In this document: positions 32,601 to 45,095 of the stretch, piece by piece
How the letters are laid out: every line of letters begins with the position of its first letter
Position numbering within the stretch: the stretch's first letter is position 1
Source: Tubiluchus corallicola
Lineage: Eukaryota > Animalia > Priapulida
DNA: 64,000 nt
NCBI GenBank assembly: GCA_030141605.1
Contig: JAQGDQ010000075.1
Location: 372,001 to 436,000, forward strand
Direction: 5' to 3'
Position numbers and translations under genes: made by a program
The notes under the pieces: generated by a model
What the model saw: the letters and a program-made list of their open reading frames with translations, nothing else
Told to the model about the DNA's origin: nothing
Databases searched by the model: none

Positions 32601-33082
32601 ACAACAGTACTGTTAATTCAAAATTCGAAATTTGTTGCTTAGTCTGTTGATTTTTTTGAACTTATTGGTACATGTGATGTTACACAGTACAATCTACCTA
32701 AGGTTTTCAGTGGCTCTTTAAGTAGGTTTTAACAGGTGACTCCCTTATGAGTTATGATCACTCACAGCTTTCTATGTTATTTTTATAAATAACTAATTTA
32801 ATTTATTTCAATTTTAATAAATAATACTTGGTTTGATTTAACCATTGCTTTTGTGAACTGATATTGTAATTAATGTGTACAGCAGTGAGCATTTATTTTT
32901 TGCAGGGCCTGAAACGAAGTGAACAAAATCTGATGCTTGAAACTTTCCGTGCTCAGTTGCCTCAGAGACAGCCGACTGCAGATGGAGCACAAATTGTAAA
33001 TAGTGGTGCCACGCCTTCAACTCCCGAAGCAGAGTCGAGTCGAATAAAGAAACTGGAGAAATTGATTAAGAAACGACTCTAA
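17682..33082 (+). CDS. VPS53: Vacuolar protein sorting-associated protein 53 (GARP/EARP subunit), 841 aa, 20 exons
   Basis: Exons: 17682-17771, 18933-19063, 20120-20273, 21333-21448, 23978-24097, 24738-24816, 25012-25079, 25496-25568, 26860-27002, 27204-27345, 27434-27520, 27660-27769, 28541-28780, 29063-29234, 29457-29539, 30088-30166, 31126-31274, 31938-32093, 32386-32542, 32906-33082 (2526 nt, in frame). Hallmarks include [41 protein letters not shown] and the C-terminal [16 protein letters not shown]. Confidence 0.97.
18270..18500 (-). mobile_element. CR1-like LINE ORF2 C-terminal fragment in VPS53 intron 1
   Basis: [17 protein letters not shown]...KKAKRCTG followed, after a frameshift, by [17 protein letters not shown]. 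This resembles the CR1 pattern 'KDLGV..D..L.F..H' and 'LYKSLVRP.LEY'. Confidence 0.75.
20480..21118. mobile_element. Probable hAT-type non-autonomous element in VPS53 intron 3
   Basis: Ends TAGGGATGTACTGG and, reverse-complemented, TAGGGATGCAACGG. No 8-bp TSD was recognisable. Confidence 0.5.
22518..23929 (-). mobile_element. Non-autonomous piggyBac element (1412 bp) in VPS53 intron 4
   Basis: Perfect 13-bp TIR CCACTTCACTGCC / GGCAGTGAAGTGG flanked by TTAA at 22514-22517 and 23930-23933. Subterminal repeat GCCTGTATGACGAGA occurs twice. A possible decayed transposase C-terminus lies at 22715-22960 (minus). Confidence 0.9.
25632..26486. mobile_element. pogo/Tigger-like non-autonomous DNA transposon in VPS53 intron 8
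   Basis: Imperfect TIRs CAGTAGGCACCGTTTATTAGACT versus reverse-complemented CAATAGACGGCGTTTAATAGACT. Repeated internal motif TAAT(T/C/A)GACTCA. Confidence 0.7.
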
Positions 33083-34448
33083 TTGTTACTGAAGCGGACT
33101 AACTCATTCATTTTCAAATATTTCAATTGCTTTAGCTTTTAACACAGAAGGAAAATGTATTTACAAGTTGTTGTTATTGAGTTTTGATCATGTACAGTAT
33201 TATTATTATACTGAGTTATCAGTTGTTGTGTTATTTTCACGCACATGTGAATTTTTTTTTAAATATAAACCTATGTGGATACTCATTACTTGCGTTCAAC
33301 ATTTAAGCATTCTAATTTAATTCTGATTGAAATGCTTGGCATGAAGGTAAATTCATAAAGTTCTCATTTCACTCTTCAGAGTGTACAGAGCTCTGTATTT
33401 CTGTAGCTGCGTATGTGATAGGTACTAAGCCACTTACCATACTCTGAACTGAGAAAGATGTTAAGTTTGTTGTGTGTTAAATTAACACGTCTCCATAATG
33501 TAGAATGTGGCATGTCTCTATGAGCTGTCAATTTAAGTGTTTTCTTTATGTCTGTGCACTATTATGCATATTATAGTAAATTTTCATCAGAGTCTTAAAA
33601 TAATGAACAATTATTTAATGTGGTAATGAAACTAGGTTTGCAGTACAACAAGCTAACGAGCTACAAAAAAATTTATCAAGCATTCACAGGCTTCTATAGG
33701 TAATAACATAATTTTATAATCGTTGTAGATGGCAACACTGGTAAATAGTAAACACTTTTCTGTGGCAAGTTTTGTAAAGAATTGGCGTAAAACATGATAT
33801 CATCAGTTGAGAAGAAAGGAAACTAGTGTACGTCACTGTTTCTGCTTTTTTGATTATTTATAAGATTGGCAGAGAACATGGTTTAACTTGCGTAGCGTAA
33901 CTCGCATGGGGGGAACAGATAAGGCTAGTTTATTTCTTGAGTGGTGAAAAATGACTACGAAAGACTATTGAAGAAAGCATATTTTTTATTAAGCTATTCT
34001 GTACTTATAAAAATATGAAAGCCATTATAATAACTGCATTTTACTTTAGAATAGTTCATTTAAAAAGAAAGATAAATGAAGACTCAGATGCTTGCAAATC
34101 TATTTTCACTTGGTCACTAAAGCATTCTACTTACTCGTTTTTCGATGATAAACTGTTTCAGATTAAGACAAAATTATTCTTCGTATCGTGTTACTTTGCA
34201 CGATGATCAATAATGAAGGAACCACGTTGCTCGTGCAGGCAATTTGCTACGGCAACTACAAACCCAGAAATGCACTCTTGTAGGTTGGGTTATGTAGAGA
34301 CGATGAAGGGGCACGCAAGCCTATACAGACCAGGGGCTAATAGATTTTTTATATCGAGCAGCTCCAGCTTTTTCCTCCAAGTCTGACATATGGTTTATGA
34401 ATTACACTTCTGAGAATGACTGAGATACGTTTTAATAATGAATGTAAT

Positions 34449-35811
34449 CAGGGTCGGATTTACAGGTGGCAAGAAGGGTCTCAAACCTAAGCTAAAGACT
34501 TTCTTTATAAAAAAAAGTAATTATAAAATAGCCTTTGCTAAGCTAAGCTCCTGTCTCACTCCATCTCAACAAGGATTTTACTACACCATAAAAAGCTTGC
34601 TGATACCATTCCATTGTTTATGTAGTCTTTAGATGGCTTAGAATATAGTTGAGCATGATGGTCACTAGTTGTTTGGGACAAAGGCTATTCAGCAAATTGG
34701 CACTGATAAAGAATTATTTGACAACCACGATGGCCTATGAAAGACTGTCCCATGCCGACTGAAGGCCCTCCAAAAGACTTTTGAAGAGGCCTTATGTTTA
34801 TTGAATGTCGACAGCAGTTTCCTCAAGACGATACAGATTGACGGGTTAGTTATTTTGCAGATACTACTGTTATTATTACGTATTATAAATCTTTCATTCA
34901 GATAATAAGCAAATTACATTTACATAAATACAAATAGTGATCAAAATAAAAAATTCGTTAAACACAGTTACCCTCTGCTTGCAGGGTTTGGCTAACCTTA
35001 ATTAAATAAGTAAGTTAATCATCGGTATATCAAATGTGGATAATTTATCTAGCTTCAAAACACCGAAAATTATATTTTTATTTCTTTTGCAGATGCTAAG
35101 TGTTGAAAGAAGGAATAATTCAGATATTGTTAGTTTGCAGTAGTGTAATGTGATATGTGCCAGTTACAATTACCTATTTACAGTAATAACAGTATCTCAA
35201 AAACACTTGGTTACTTATTTTTTTAAATAAATCTTGAAATATTGTGATTAGACTTATACAGTTAAAGGACAATATTTGCAATATGCTGTACCAGGAACCA
35301 GTTTTTGACTTGGACCCAGGTCTAGAATGGTGTTATGCATTTTTGTTGAGCGAAATTCATTTTAAACTTTTATTGCTGAATGCTGATCGTGAATAGAAAC
35401 AGGGAAACTAAGCTTACTATTTTTGGCTCGGCTGTTATTTTAGTGTGAATACAATCTTATACAGCAGTATAAAAAAAGTTAGCAGTCATGGGTATAATTT
35501 AAAGAAATAAGGGCGCCACTATACTTCATAAATTATCTGCAGTGCTCACCAGTAATTTATTTACTAGTTATTTATTTACTTTAATATATTACAAATGAAA
35601 ATTGTAACCAAAGTTATAAATTCTTCCAGTCAATAAAATTAAGAAAAATAAAATCAGAAGTTTTCATTGGCAGTTACCTATTTTTTCGAAAAAATGCGAT
35701 TTATCATTTGGTATAGTTCATTTTTTAGTCCCCATGTTTATTTCATGTTTATGATGAAGTGGCCACCGAACATGAAGCGCCCCGGGGACACAAGGTCTAA
35801 ATCCTGCCCTG
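34449..35811. mobile_element. hAT-like non-autonomous element between VPS53 and the ZnF gene
   Basis: TIR CAGGGTCGGATTTA versus reverse-complemented CAGGGCAGGATTTA (12/14). Flanking 8-mers AATGTAAT / CATGTAGT match 6/8 and may be a decayed TSD. Confidence 0.6.
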
Positions 35812-36009
35812 CATGTAGTCAGATAATTATGTGCAGAATATCACTTGAATGCAATCCTACGTACAGAAAAATACGCAATTAATACTAACTTATATAAAGT
35901 TGCCGTTTGGTTCTTGTAAAATTCTAAAACTTAATACAGGACAGTTGCACTTCAGGTTTATAATGATCGCACCCCTCGTTGCCTCTATTTGGTACAGTCG
36001 ACGTACAGC

Positions 36010-36080
36010 ACGATGACGTCAGCCGCAGCGTTCATTGTAGACGCCATATTCCATTAAAACTGAGATCGTCGGGCGGGGTT
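36010..36080 (+). promoter_or_regulatory. CpG-rich promoter of the ZnF gene with CRE, YY1-like and GC-box motifs
   Basis: TGACGTCA at 36014-36021, CGCCATATT at 36042-36050 and GGGCGGGG at 36071-36078, all within 130 bp upstream of the ATG at 36139. Confidence 0.6.
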
Positions 36081-36138
36081 AGCAATCGAGGGTCCCTGTT
36101 ATTTTAAGTTGATTTTTTTAGTAAATATTTCGTTATTG

Positions 36139-39100
36139 ATGGACTCGAATGCAAATGAACAAGCCAAGACGGCAGAGGATACGTTAGAGGGCTTCAAACA
36201 GCAGGTATTTGTCACGATGTCTGGTTACGAACCGTTTATATTGTTGATATTTTATCGTGTCATGTCGCCTGTCACATTTATGTTGTGTTGAGATCCCCAA
36301 TATCAACAACAAGGCATGGTTGCACATTTGGCGAAAATAAGTTTGTAGAACTTACTACAGCAAAAAGATTAAAGAAATGTTAATTATCTGATTAATAGAA
36401 TAAAGTATAACTAGTTTTTCAAATGCCCGAAGTACTAGTTTTGGCTTTACTATTACAAAAACTGATGGCCTCTGAAGCTGTTATAGCTCACTCAATGTGT
36501 TTAGGTTATTATTTTACTGTAATTATACCATCCATCAATCTTATTGGTATACTGTAGGTAAACGATGTTTTGCTAAGTGCATTTACGAAGTTTGCAAGTA
36601 CGGTGGATCAGACAACTGCACTGGCATATTTGAATGACACGCTAAGAACGATTCAGTCATCATTGGAATCACCAAATCCAAATCGACAACCTGGTAAGAT
36701 CACTGCAGGTATACGTTCGATTATGCATAAAATTCAACAATGACTCCTAGCTTAGTAATTCAATATTGCTGTATAGAAATAATTTTTAATATTAGGTCGA
36801 TATACTACAAATAATAATAAATAATAGAATTGAAATGTAACACACTAAAAGCTAGCTGCTTAATAATGGGTTAAAAAAATGGTAAACTTTATCCTTCCAC
36901 TAAAAACAGGATTTAAATTTTGACAAATGTACTTTGTTACAACTGTAAATAATCTGAAATGGATAGCTAAAAGTGGGTCTTTCACGTGTCTTAAATGTAA
37001 CGCAATTTTTATGCTTTCAATTCATTGTCTTATTTATTGCAGGTCCATTTGGTATTTGTCCAGAAAGAGATGAGGCAGCAAGCATCTCAAATGCTGATAA
37101 CAAAGATGAACAAAATGGCATGCCACTTAACAAGTCATCTGAAGGTAGTGCTTCAGTTTTGCAGTGTGCTATGCATATTCAGACACCTAGCAGTTGCAAG
37201 ATCAAGCCTGCGTCTATACCTCCAAGTAACCTCCCTGGGACAGACAGAGTCAATCTTGAGAGCGAAGCTGTTCAAGCATTAACTGAACTGAGGCAATCTA
37301 GGAAAAATGTTAGAGGAAGGCAAGCTGCTGCTAGGGCTGCCATTGCCATGCAGGCGAACTGCAGCAATGGGGATGATACCGAAGGCAGTAGAGAGGAGGA
37401 ATCTTCACCTTTATTCACTGTTACTCCATCGAGAAAAAGAGGCAGGCTGATGGGTTCCGGCAAAAAGAGCAGGCACCAAAATACAAGTTCTTCTAGTCAA
37501 TGTTGTGAGGCATACGTTGATGAATATTTGATGAAAGAACGAGTAGGATCTACAGCGCCCAAGTTTCAGAAGGCAGTAGCAGAGCATGAGGAAAATCTCT
37601 TACATGAAAAACAGCTGCCTATTGTTTTGCCACCTAAGAAAAATCGCCGTGGCCGACGAAAAGGATTCCGTCTTCCAAAATGTACAACCCCCATGGTATG
37701 TCCCGAATGCAAAGACGAGTTTTTCCATAAGAAGTCTTTGACAGCACATATTAGGAAACATGGCTTCTTCCCTTGTTCGTGTATGTCCTGCAAACTTGAA
37801 TTTTATAACTTTGCTGATTTCCACAGACATGCTTGTAAGACAGTTAAAAGTGGACCTTTCACATGCCTTAAATGTAACACAGTTTTTATGCACTCGCAGC
37901 ATTATGACAAACATTTGGCTGGGCATAGCAAAAATGACTGCAAAATCTGTGGCAAATTGTTCACAAAAAGAAAAGAACTTTGCAAGCACATGAGAAATGT
38001 TCACAGTGTAGCTGAACCCGAGAAACTGTACACGTGCAAGTACTGTGATCGTTCGTTTATGAAACGACCTTCACTGTATGCCCATTTAAGGGAGCATGCA
38101 GAAGATGGCCATGTTTGTCAGAAATGTGGGGAAATTTGCGATAAAAAGGAAACGCTTGAGAGCCATCTTCAGAAACACATCGAAGAGGCTCCTTATAGCT
38201 GCTCGAAGTGTAACGAGACTTTCATGCGTCGACAACAGTATGATCAGCACATCGCTGGGCATCGGAAATATGACTGTCCAGTAAAGCCTTGCACAGAAAA
38301 CTTTTCTACTAAGAAAGGATTACAGAAGCACCTTTGTCACCAGCATGGGATAAACAAATCAGAGGAGAAAAAGCACAGGTGTGAAATATGCACAAAAGCA
38401 TTCCAGCGTCCGACACTCTTGAATATTCACCTGAGGTTGCATACAGGAGAAAAGCCAATACAGTGTACAATGTGTGATAAGAGTTTCAGGTCTTACAAGG
38501 CATTGGAGAAGCATGTGCTGACCATGGCCCATCTGAAGCAGACTGGGCAATCGGACGACTGCATTGTTGATGCAGAACGGCCATTTCTGTGTGCCACTTG
38601 TGGGGCATCTTTTCATCACAAGCAGGGCCTCGTGCGACACATGAAGGGACATAGCGAAGAACGGCCATTTGAATGTCCGTTTTGTGAATACAAATGTAAA
38701 TGCAGCACAAATTTGAAAAGGCACATAGAGCTGCATACCGATAAGCGACGTTTTGTGTGTGAACTTTGCGGCTCTGCTTTTCATGCGCATGCAACGCTGA
38801 AGGAACACCATGCCTATGTTCATTCAGATGATAGAAAATTTCCTTGTCCAAAGTGTGACAAAAACTTCAAAGGCCGCAGTGGCCTGCAACGACACATGCG
38901 AATACACAGTGATGAAAGGCCATATATTTGCCATTGTGGACAGTCGTATAAGCGCATGTCACATTTGAAACGCCACATGCAAGCACTTCATGGTCACCAG
39001 TTTCCGAGATCACGCACACGAAAATCAAAAGACGAAGTTGATCAAATATCAAATGAAGTACGTGATGTTAGGGCTAATACAAGTATAGATGATATCAAAG

Positions 39101-39801
39101 AAAGCTATGGTATTACGATCAAAAAAGGAAATGACGTTAATGATGTAAAAATGCAGTCTGCTGAACAGACTCTCGCGAAACCGGAGTATGGGACAATGCA
39201 GGCGTATGATTCAAAATTGTTGGAAATCTTCCAAGTTCCTGCTTCTCTTGCACATTCTCTGACAATTGCTGGCCAGACTGTACAATTAATTGAGAATAAA
39301 CACCTTTCAAATGATGAGTCACAGCTAACAGACCAAGAAGTTCACCTTCCATCACAAATGCAAACTCTTATACAACATCATGTGTCAAATTCTGGTGAAT
39401 TGTCTCATGCCGCTGATTTATCTTCAGTTACCGAACAACAGTCAACTATGTCGTCCCCTGATCAGCATGCAATGACGCAACAGGTATTGCATATTCCCAC
39501 GCATACACCTGTTCAGCATGTTATGTCTCCTGCACATACGTCCCAACAGCCAACCCCCAGCAGTACACCTCATGATCAGTTGACTATCATCAACCAAAAT
39601 TTGGCTGCTTCCTCGATGGTAGAAACAGTAGCACAACAGAGAATTCAGCACATACAGCCTTCGGTGCAGGACTTTTACGCTATGAATCAAACCCTAGTCC
39701 AATATGCTGGATATAATAATTTCACTTACAACCCGTCTTATTATGAAGCAATTCTTCAGCAGCCTCAGATGGAGAGTGCACTCAGTACGTTAGAAAATTA
39801 G
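36139..39801 (+). CDS. C2H2 zinc-finger protein, ~986 aa, 15 fingers, Gln/His-rich C-terminal tail
   Basis: Exons 36139-36204, 36558-36693 and 37043-39801 are GT-AG and in frame (2961 nt). There are 14 C2H2 fingers plus one C2HC-like finger, with TGEKP/EERP/DERP linkers, and basic RKRGR and RRGRRK motifs. An in-frame alternative donor is possible at 36709. Confidence 0.9.
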
Positions 39802-42005
39802 TATTTTATGATTTTTGTAACGTTTTTGATCCTAAATTATTGAGACGAAACTTGCAATTTTAATATTCAAGTTGCTAAAAAATGTGATCTGTCACAATAT
39901 TTTTTTAACTCTAATAGACTGTAAATTAAGGGATTGCTGTCAGGTTGGATGCATTCTACAGGTCTACCTCAATTTTCATTAGTGAAATTGGGCTCAACAG
40001 GAAATTAGATGGCTTAAATTTCTTGAAATTTGATCAACTGTGTGAGTACAGACACTGTCAAAAAGTGAAATAAATTTTTCATTTGGAATGGCAAGCAGTC
40101 TGTGAAATAGTGTTAGATTTTGAAAAAACACCATTTTGAGATCCTTTTATTCTTACCAAAAGCATTCTATCAACACTTGGTGTTTGTGGTAGGTTCGATT
40201 CTTACAACAATGGATTATTTTTAGTAATAAATATATATCATTATTTTAGAATTAACCTTTTGTGTAGATTGCTGGCACCATATTATTGCTTTCCAGTCAT
40301 TAACCTTGTGATTTTCAATGGGTGTGAGTACCACCCCGATTAAAGTTATTTGACCAATTGGTCTATTACATGTGATTTTGAAATGATCAACCACATCTCC
40401 TGATTGAAGCCAGATTTACATTTTAATGCCATCATGATCAGCATTAACATCTCTGTGGATGTCAGGTAATAATTGCCAATGGTTTACCTCATACATTCGG
40501 CAAATCACTTCACAATTAAAAACTAAATATGCCTTGTTTATTATCTTTGTTCCCAGACTAGTCTCTTTTTTAGCTACAATAAGAAATTCCGACTTGAATT
40601 TAGAAATTGCAACCAAATTTTTTCACCACTAATGTTTTTAATTACCACGTTCATTATGTGTTTCTGACGAAGAAATCTAATCATTTAAATACATATTCCT
40701 TGGAAAAGTAATAATTTTAAATTGTAATTACCTGGTGTGCATTTTGAATATCTTCAATGACAGTACAACATAGGAATATAATTATTCTAACACATAGTAC
40801 TTGAAAAGGTTAGGTACAGGTAAGGAATCTTCAAACATTTTTGTGCATTTGATAATTTAATGAGCCAATTTCCAGTCTTGTCACACCTACCTATATTAAT
40901 ATACCCTGTGCCAAGGGTTGGATGTATACATATTGCAACGGGTAATTGCCAGCAGTGTGGTGAATTTTTATAATGAAGCAGAAAATGTAAGGACTGAAGT
41001 ATTGTCTGTTTTGAATGTGTCATCAGTGGTATTCATTAATATATAAAATTAATTTTAACAAAATATTATTAATTCCTAACTTCAAGACTACAACAAAAAC
41101 TCTCGAAATAAAAGGAAAATTTTGTTTTACATTACCCAGTCTCCACAGTAATTATTTTTAAATTGTAACAATATGCATTAGAGATAAAGTTTTAATACTA
41201 TTTTATTTACAAAAATCACAATATGTACAACATTAAAAATTAATTGTAATAATTATAGTACCATGATATTTTGTACTCTGAGCTCCTCTGTGTAAAAGCA
41301 TTTATGAATATAAATTGTCATTTATGAATCTCTTCATGTTGAATGGCAAAAAGGAACAGCTAGCTATTGTTGAAAACATAAACAGTCATTCCATACTACA
41401 AGCTTTACTTATACAGGGAAACACAACATGGTTTACTTACATATGTACAAATATGCATAATAAAAATCTATGACATAAGTCAACCGTGACCTAAATAATA
41501 TTCATCAAGGATGCCATTTCAACATGGGGTAAACATTACAGTTCTACATCAGTGCAGTGCATGAAATGTTTCACAATTTTCATAGTCACAGTGAAAGTGC
41601 AGCAGAAACATCAATTTTGAATATCATCATAGAAAGGATATTCTAACTCGAGGCAATATTTTGCAAATCTATTTTGGCAAACAATACAAGCAGCCATTTT
41701 TAGTTTTCTTGACAGCTGTTGCTAAAACTTTAAATATTAAATGTATCTTATAGTACATAGCAACTAATTAATATACTTAACAGCAATTAATCCATGCAAG
41801 ACAGTGAATTATTTACATCTAGGAAATTCTTGGTTGATCTGTCAAGAGAAAGAAAGTTCCGGTCGTTCAATAACAAACCTTATTGGAGCTTGAAAACCAT
41901 AGGGGGCATAAAGAAAATTCTGTCGTTCCAGTGCCATCAACAATTAGGGAACCAGTTTTTACATACAGTATATATATGTTTATATCTACGACCTGTAATT
42001 ATGTC

Positions 42006-44423
42006 TCATCCATAGTGGTCATCTGTGTCCTGTGTCTGTTGTTCTCGTTGTCTCATAGCCGCGAGCTGTGCAGCTTCTTGCATCTTCATTAACTCTTGCT
42101 GCTGTACTTGAGCTTGTTCTACTTTCGCCTGAAAACATTCAGATGATTAAAAAATCTCCTAAACAGTAATGCTACCTTGTTTTTGTTGGTGAAGTTTTTT
42201 ACGTAACAGATGAACTGCAATAAACAATGGCAACTCAAAAACAGAAACTGAAGATTTGATTTGTTAGACATATGTAAAACAGTGCACTGTGCAACACATG
42301 TGATGTGATCAATTTTTCTTGAGTTCGACTACTCTGTTTCATACTTCCTGGTGTAGAAATGTCATGAAAAATTATGAATATCTGGGCAATTCTAATCAGC
42401 TGTTTACAGTATTATAACAGGCTAATAGCAGTTAGCAGTCTGCCTAGATTGTTACAAAATCAGATAACTTTCCAAATTACTTTAACTAGTTAGCAAATGC
42501 AGCATGTAAGCCCCCTCTCAGTTTCAACAATGTGCATGCATTAGTCAAAAGAGGCATTATGCCATATTAATTAATTATTCATAACTTTGATTTCAAGGTT
42601 TTTATTACTGATGGAATAATTCCACAATTGTTGAATTTTGAAATCAAACTTACTCAAAAGAAAGGAAATGTAGACCTCTTGCTTACAAGGCAACCATCAT
42701 GACTGCTAGACTATTATGTCCCAATGACCAAGACAGATTCTAATTCAATCTTTATAGCCGACCAGCCAATTCAGTATTTTCTAAGGTTAGTTTGTTAATG
42801 CTATAATACTTATTAGCTAGTTAAATTATTATTTTTTGTAATTAGTACAGAGCACGAGATAATACTGGGCTCTCGTATTAAGATAGCCTTGTAAGGTCAA
42901 TAATAATCAGTCATTAAGTGAGAGAAGTGTAGGCAACATCTTGCCATTCGACAAATAATACTAAATCAATTCTGTTGATGCAATAGATACACTTCAGAGA
43001 GAAGTTGCCAGAACGATGTGATGAATATCAGATATGTTTAACAAGCTTAATGCCTTACATGATAACAATGACATCAGAAATTTGCCAATGAGAAATACCA
43101 TACGCCTGCTACTTCATGGAGACGAAAATTTAAGTTATGTAAATAACTGTAAAATATTTGATTGTGTACAGATGTTTATAACTGAATCTAAATGCTTTAA
43201 ATAATAATCATTGAGACAACTTAATTTTATGCATGTAGTGAAAATTCGTGTTTATTATTTACACAATGTACCTAACAATTCTGTAAATATTGTGTTTGCA
43301 TTGATTTACTAGCAGTTGTTAAATTTACTAAGCAGGGAGCAGCCGCGTATAAGTTGTTAAAACTTTCTGGTACGAATTGCATAATAAAATTGTGTTTAAA
43401 CTAAAACTAACATCAGATAATTCAAACTAACATCAGATAATTCAATACCTGTGCAAACAATTCTTGCTGCTGACGTAAAAGTTCTTCTTCTGGAATACCG
43501 AGATTCTCCAACCGAGTGCTCCCTCTGCGGCGTTGTTTAGCAACTTGTTTACAATCTTTGAGGACAGCTTCAGCTTCCACCTTATAGTCACTAAATCCTA
43601 GGCTATCCAATGCTGGAAAACATGTAAGCAAATCTCCAGAAATGGACTATTTCTGGCATGAAATTTAGATATCATTTTTTTAGTTTTTATCTTATATGCA
43701 TTTGTCTTTAAGAAGTCGTTATTCTAAGTAAAGTGAATAAAATTTAACTGGTTATGTTAGTGACTTCACAGCTTTAGGTTCAATCAAAGCCTCAATTAAA
43801 GTTGGTGACATTGATTTAAAGCTACTTTGATTCCTATCAAATGGAAATTAATGGAGCGACAATAAACATGTGACACGTGTGCAGGCCATAACTGCTTTAA
43901 AATAAGCTGTCAAATAAAATTCCTGTTGGAGCGATCAGAATTAATCCACCTACAGATTTAAAATTTTATTTGTCACCCATTATTAAACTCAAGCAGGTAT
44001 TTAACTAATATTCAGTTGTAACTGTATTACAATCGTGTACCACAAGAAGACATTAAATTACACTGTGCATTCATTCTATCATTAATATAATTAAAAGTTA
44101 CTGATGTTTATATACAAATATAATAGTTTAAGGATTACTAGCCCATAATCACAGGCCACATACTAAACAAAGTCCCCTTAATCTCCATTACCTGCAACAA
44201 TGTGCTCTGGAGAAATTGTCTTTTTCTGTTGCCTATTGCAGATTTCATTAGCCTCCGAGGAAATTAGGTGAATAAACTCATTACAACAATTGAGTATTAA
44301 TTCCCTGGCTTCTTGAGCAAGACGAACATCAGGCAGAACCTCCTTGATCATCTTGTTCATTGCTGCTCGGGGTATGGTCAAATCATCATCTGCATTTGCA
44401 GCTGCTGGTGCCAGGTCGGCCAT
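42006..44423 (-). CDS. DR1: Protein Dr1 / negative cofactor 2 beta (NC2beta), 172 aa, 3 coding exons
   Basis: Exons (minus) 44192-44423, 43449-43612 and 42006-42128, 519 nt in frame. Histone fold DDDLTIPRAAMNKMIKEVLP...FIHLISSEANEICNRQQKKTISPEH and RLENLGIPEEELLRQQQELFAQA. Confidence 0.97.
42965..43403 (+). mobile_element. 5'-truncated CR1-like LINE 3' end in DR1 intron 2 (antisense to host)
   Basis: LLLHGDENLSYVNNCKIFDCVQMFITESKCF* resembles CR1 ORF2 C-termini. It is followed by a 3'UTR-like segment ending AATAAAATTGTGTTTAAAC. Confidence 0.7.
43404..43443. repeat. Perfect 20-bp tandem duplication AAACTAACATCAGATAATTC x2
   Basis: Directly visible, adjacent to the DR1 exon-2 donor. Confidence 0.95.
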
Positions 44424-44631
44424 TTTCGTAACATACATTAATTACAAAATGCACAACTGAAAATGTTTGTGACAACTTCTTAGGGTGTGCACTGCAACAG
44501 ATGAGCTGTGGAATAATCTTCACCTTTTAAAAAATAATGCATACAATGTACTTGTTGCTTAACCATTTTTTAAAATTCTAATACAAGTACTGTCATTAAC
44601 TAAACAAGTAAGCAGGCTGTTTGAGTAAATA

Positions 44632-45095
44632 CAGTAAACGCTCACATAACGAACTGATTGGGGAGTAAGAGTAAGTCCGCTATGACCGCTGGTCCATTAT
44701 AACCAAGGGATATCTCTCACATATATAACATGTCTTGTGTGAAGAATGACCAAGTGAATAGGGATGTTTGGATTAATCACTCTAAGTTTGTTGCTTTTCA
44801 TAAGGCCAAGCTATTCCCTTCAGCTTGCTTCTGAAGTTGCTGATCTTGTCTTCGCTACGTATTTTTATGTAGTGGTATAACTGACACTATGTGCATCCCA
44901 GATTAACTTTTGCTTAACTGTGAAGATTATGTGCTTCCTTTTCTAGTTATCCGTACTAATTTCAATGTATGGTGCCTAGCATAGCACATCACATGCTAAC
45001 CTAAACTTGTGGCCCAGCTTCATTATAACAGACTACAATATAGTCATAAATGCATCAGACAAGCAAAAATAGTTTGTTATACTGAGGGTTTACTG
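44632..45095. mobile_element. pogo/Tigger-like MITE (464 bp) upstream of the DR1 ATG, probably in a 5'UTR intron
   Basis: TIR CAGTAAACGCTCACATAACGAAC versus reverse-complemented CAGTAAACCCTCAGTATAACAAAC, with TA on both flanks. Confidence 0.8.

Noticed and set aside
34295-35987. Possible outer inverted repeat (TAGAGACGATGAAGGGG / TAGAGGCAACGAGGGG) enclosing the hAT-like element
   Set aside because: Weak match and no TSD.
36973-37042. N-terminus of the 942-aa ORF as given in the ORF track
   Set aside because: It begins at a GTG in intronic sequence. The acceptor at 37041-37042 and two upstream exons give a better model.
37025-39690. Multiple overlapping and antisense ORFs within the ZnF exon
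   Set aside because: These are shadow frames of a long coding exon with no recognisable motifs.
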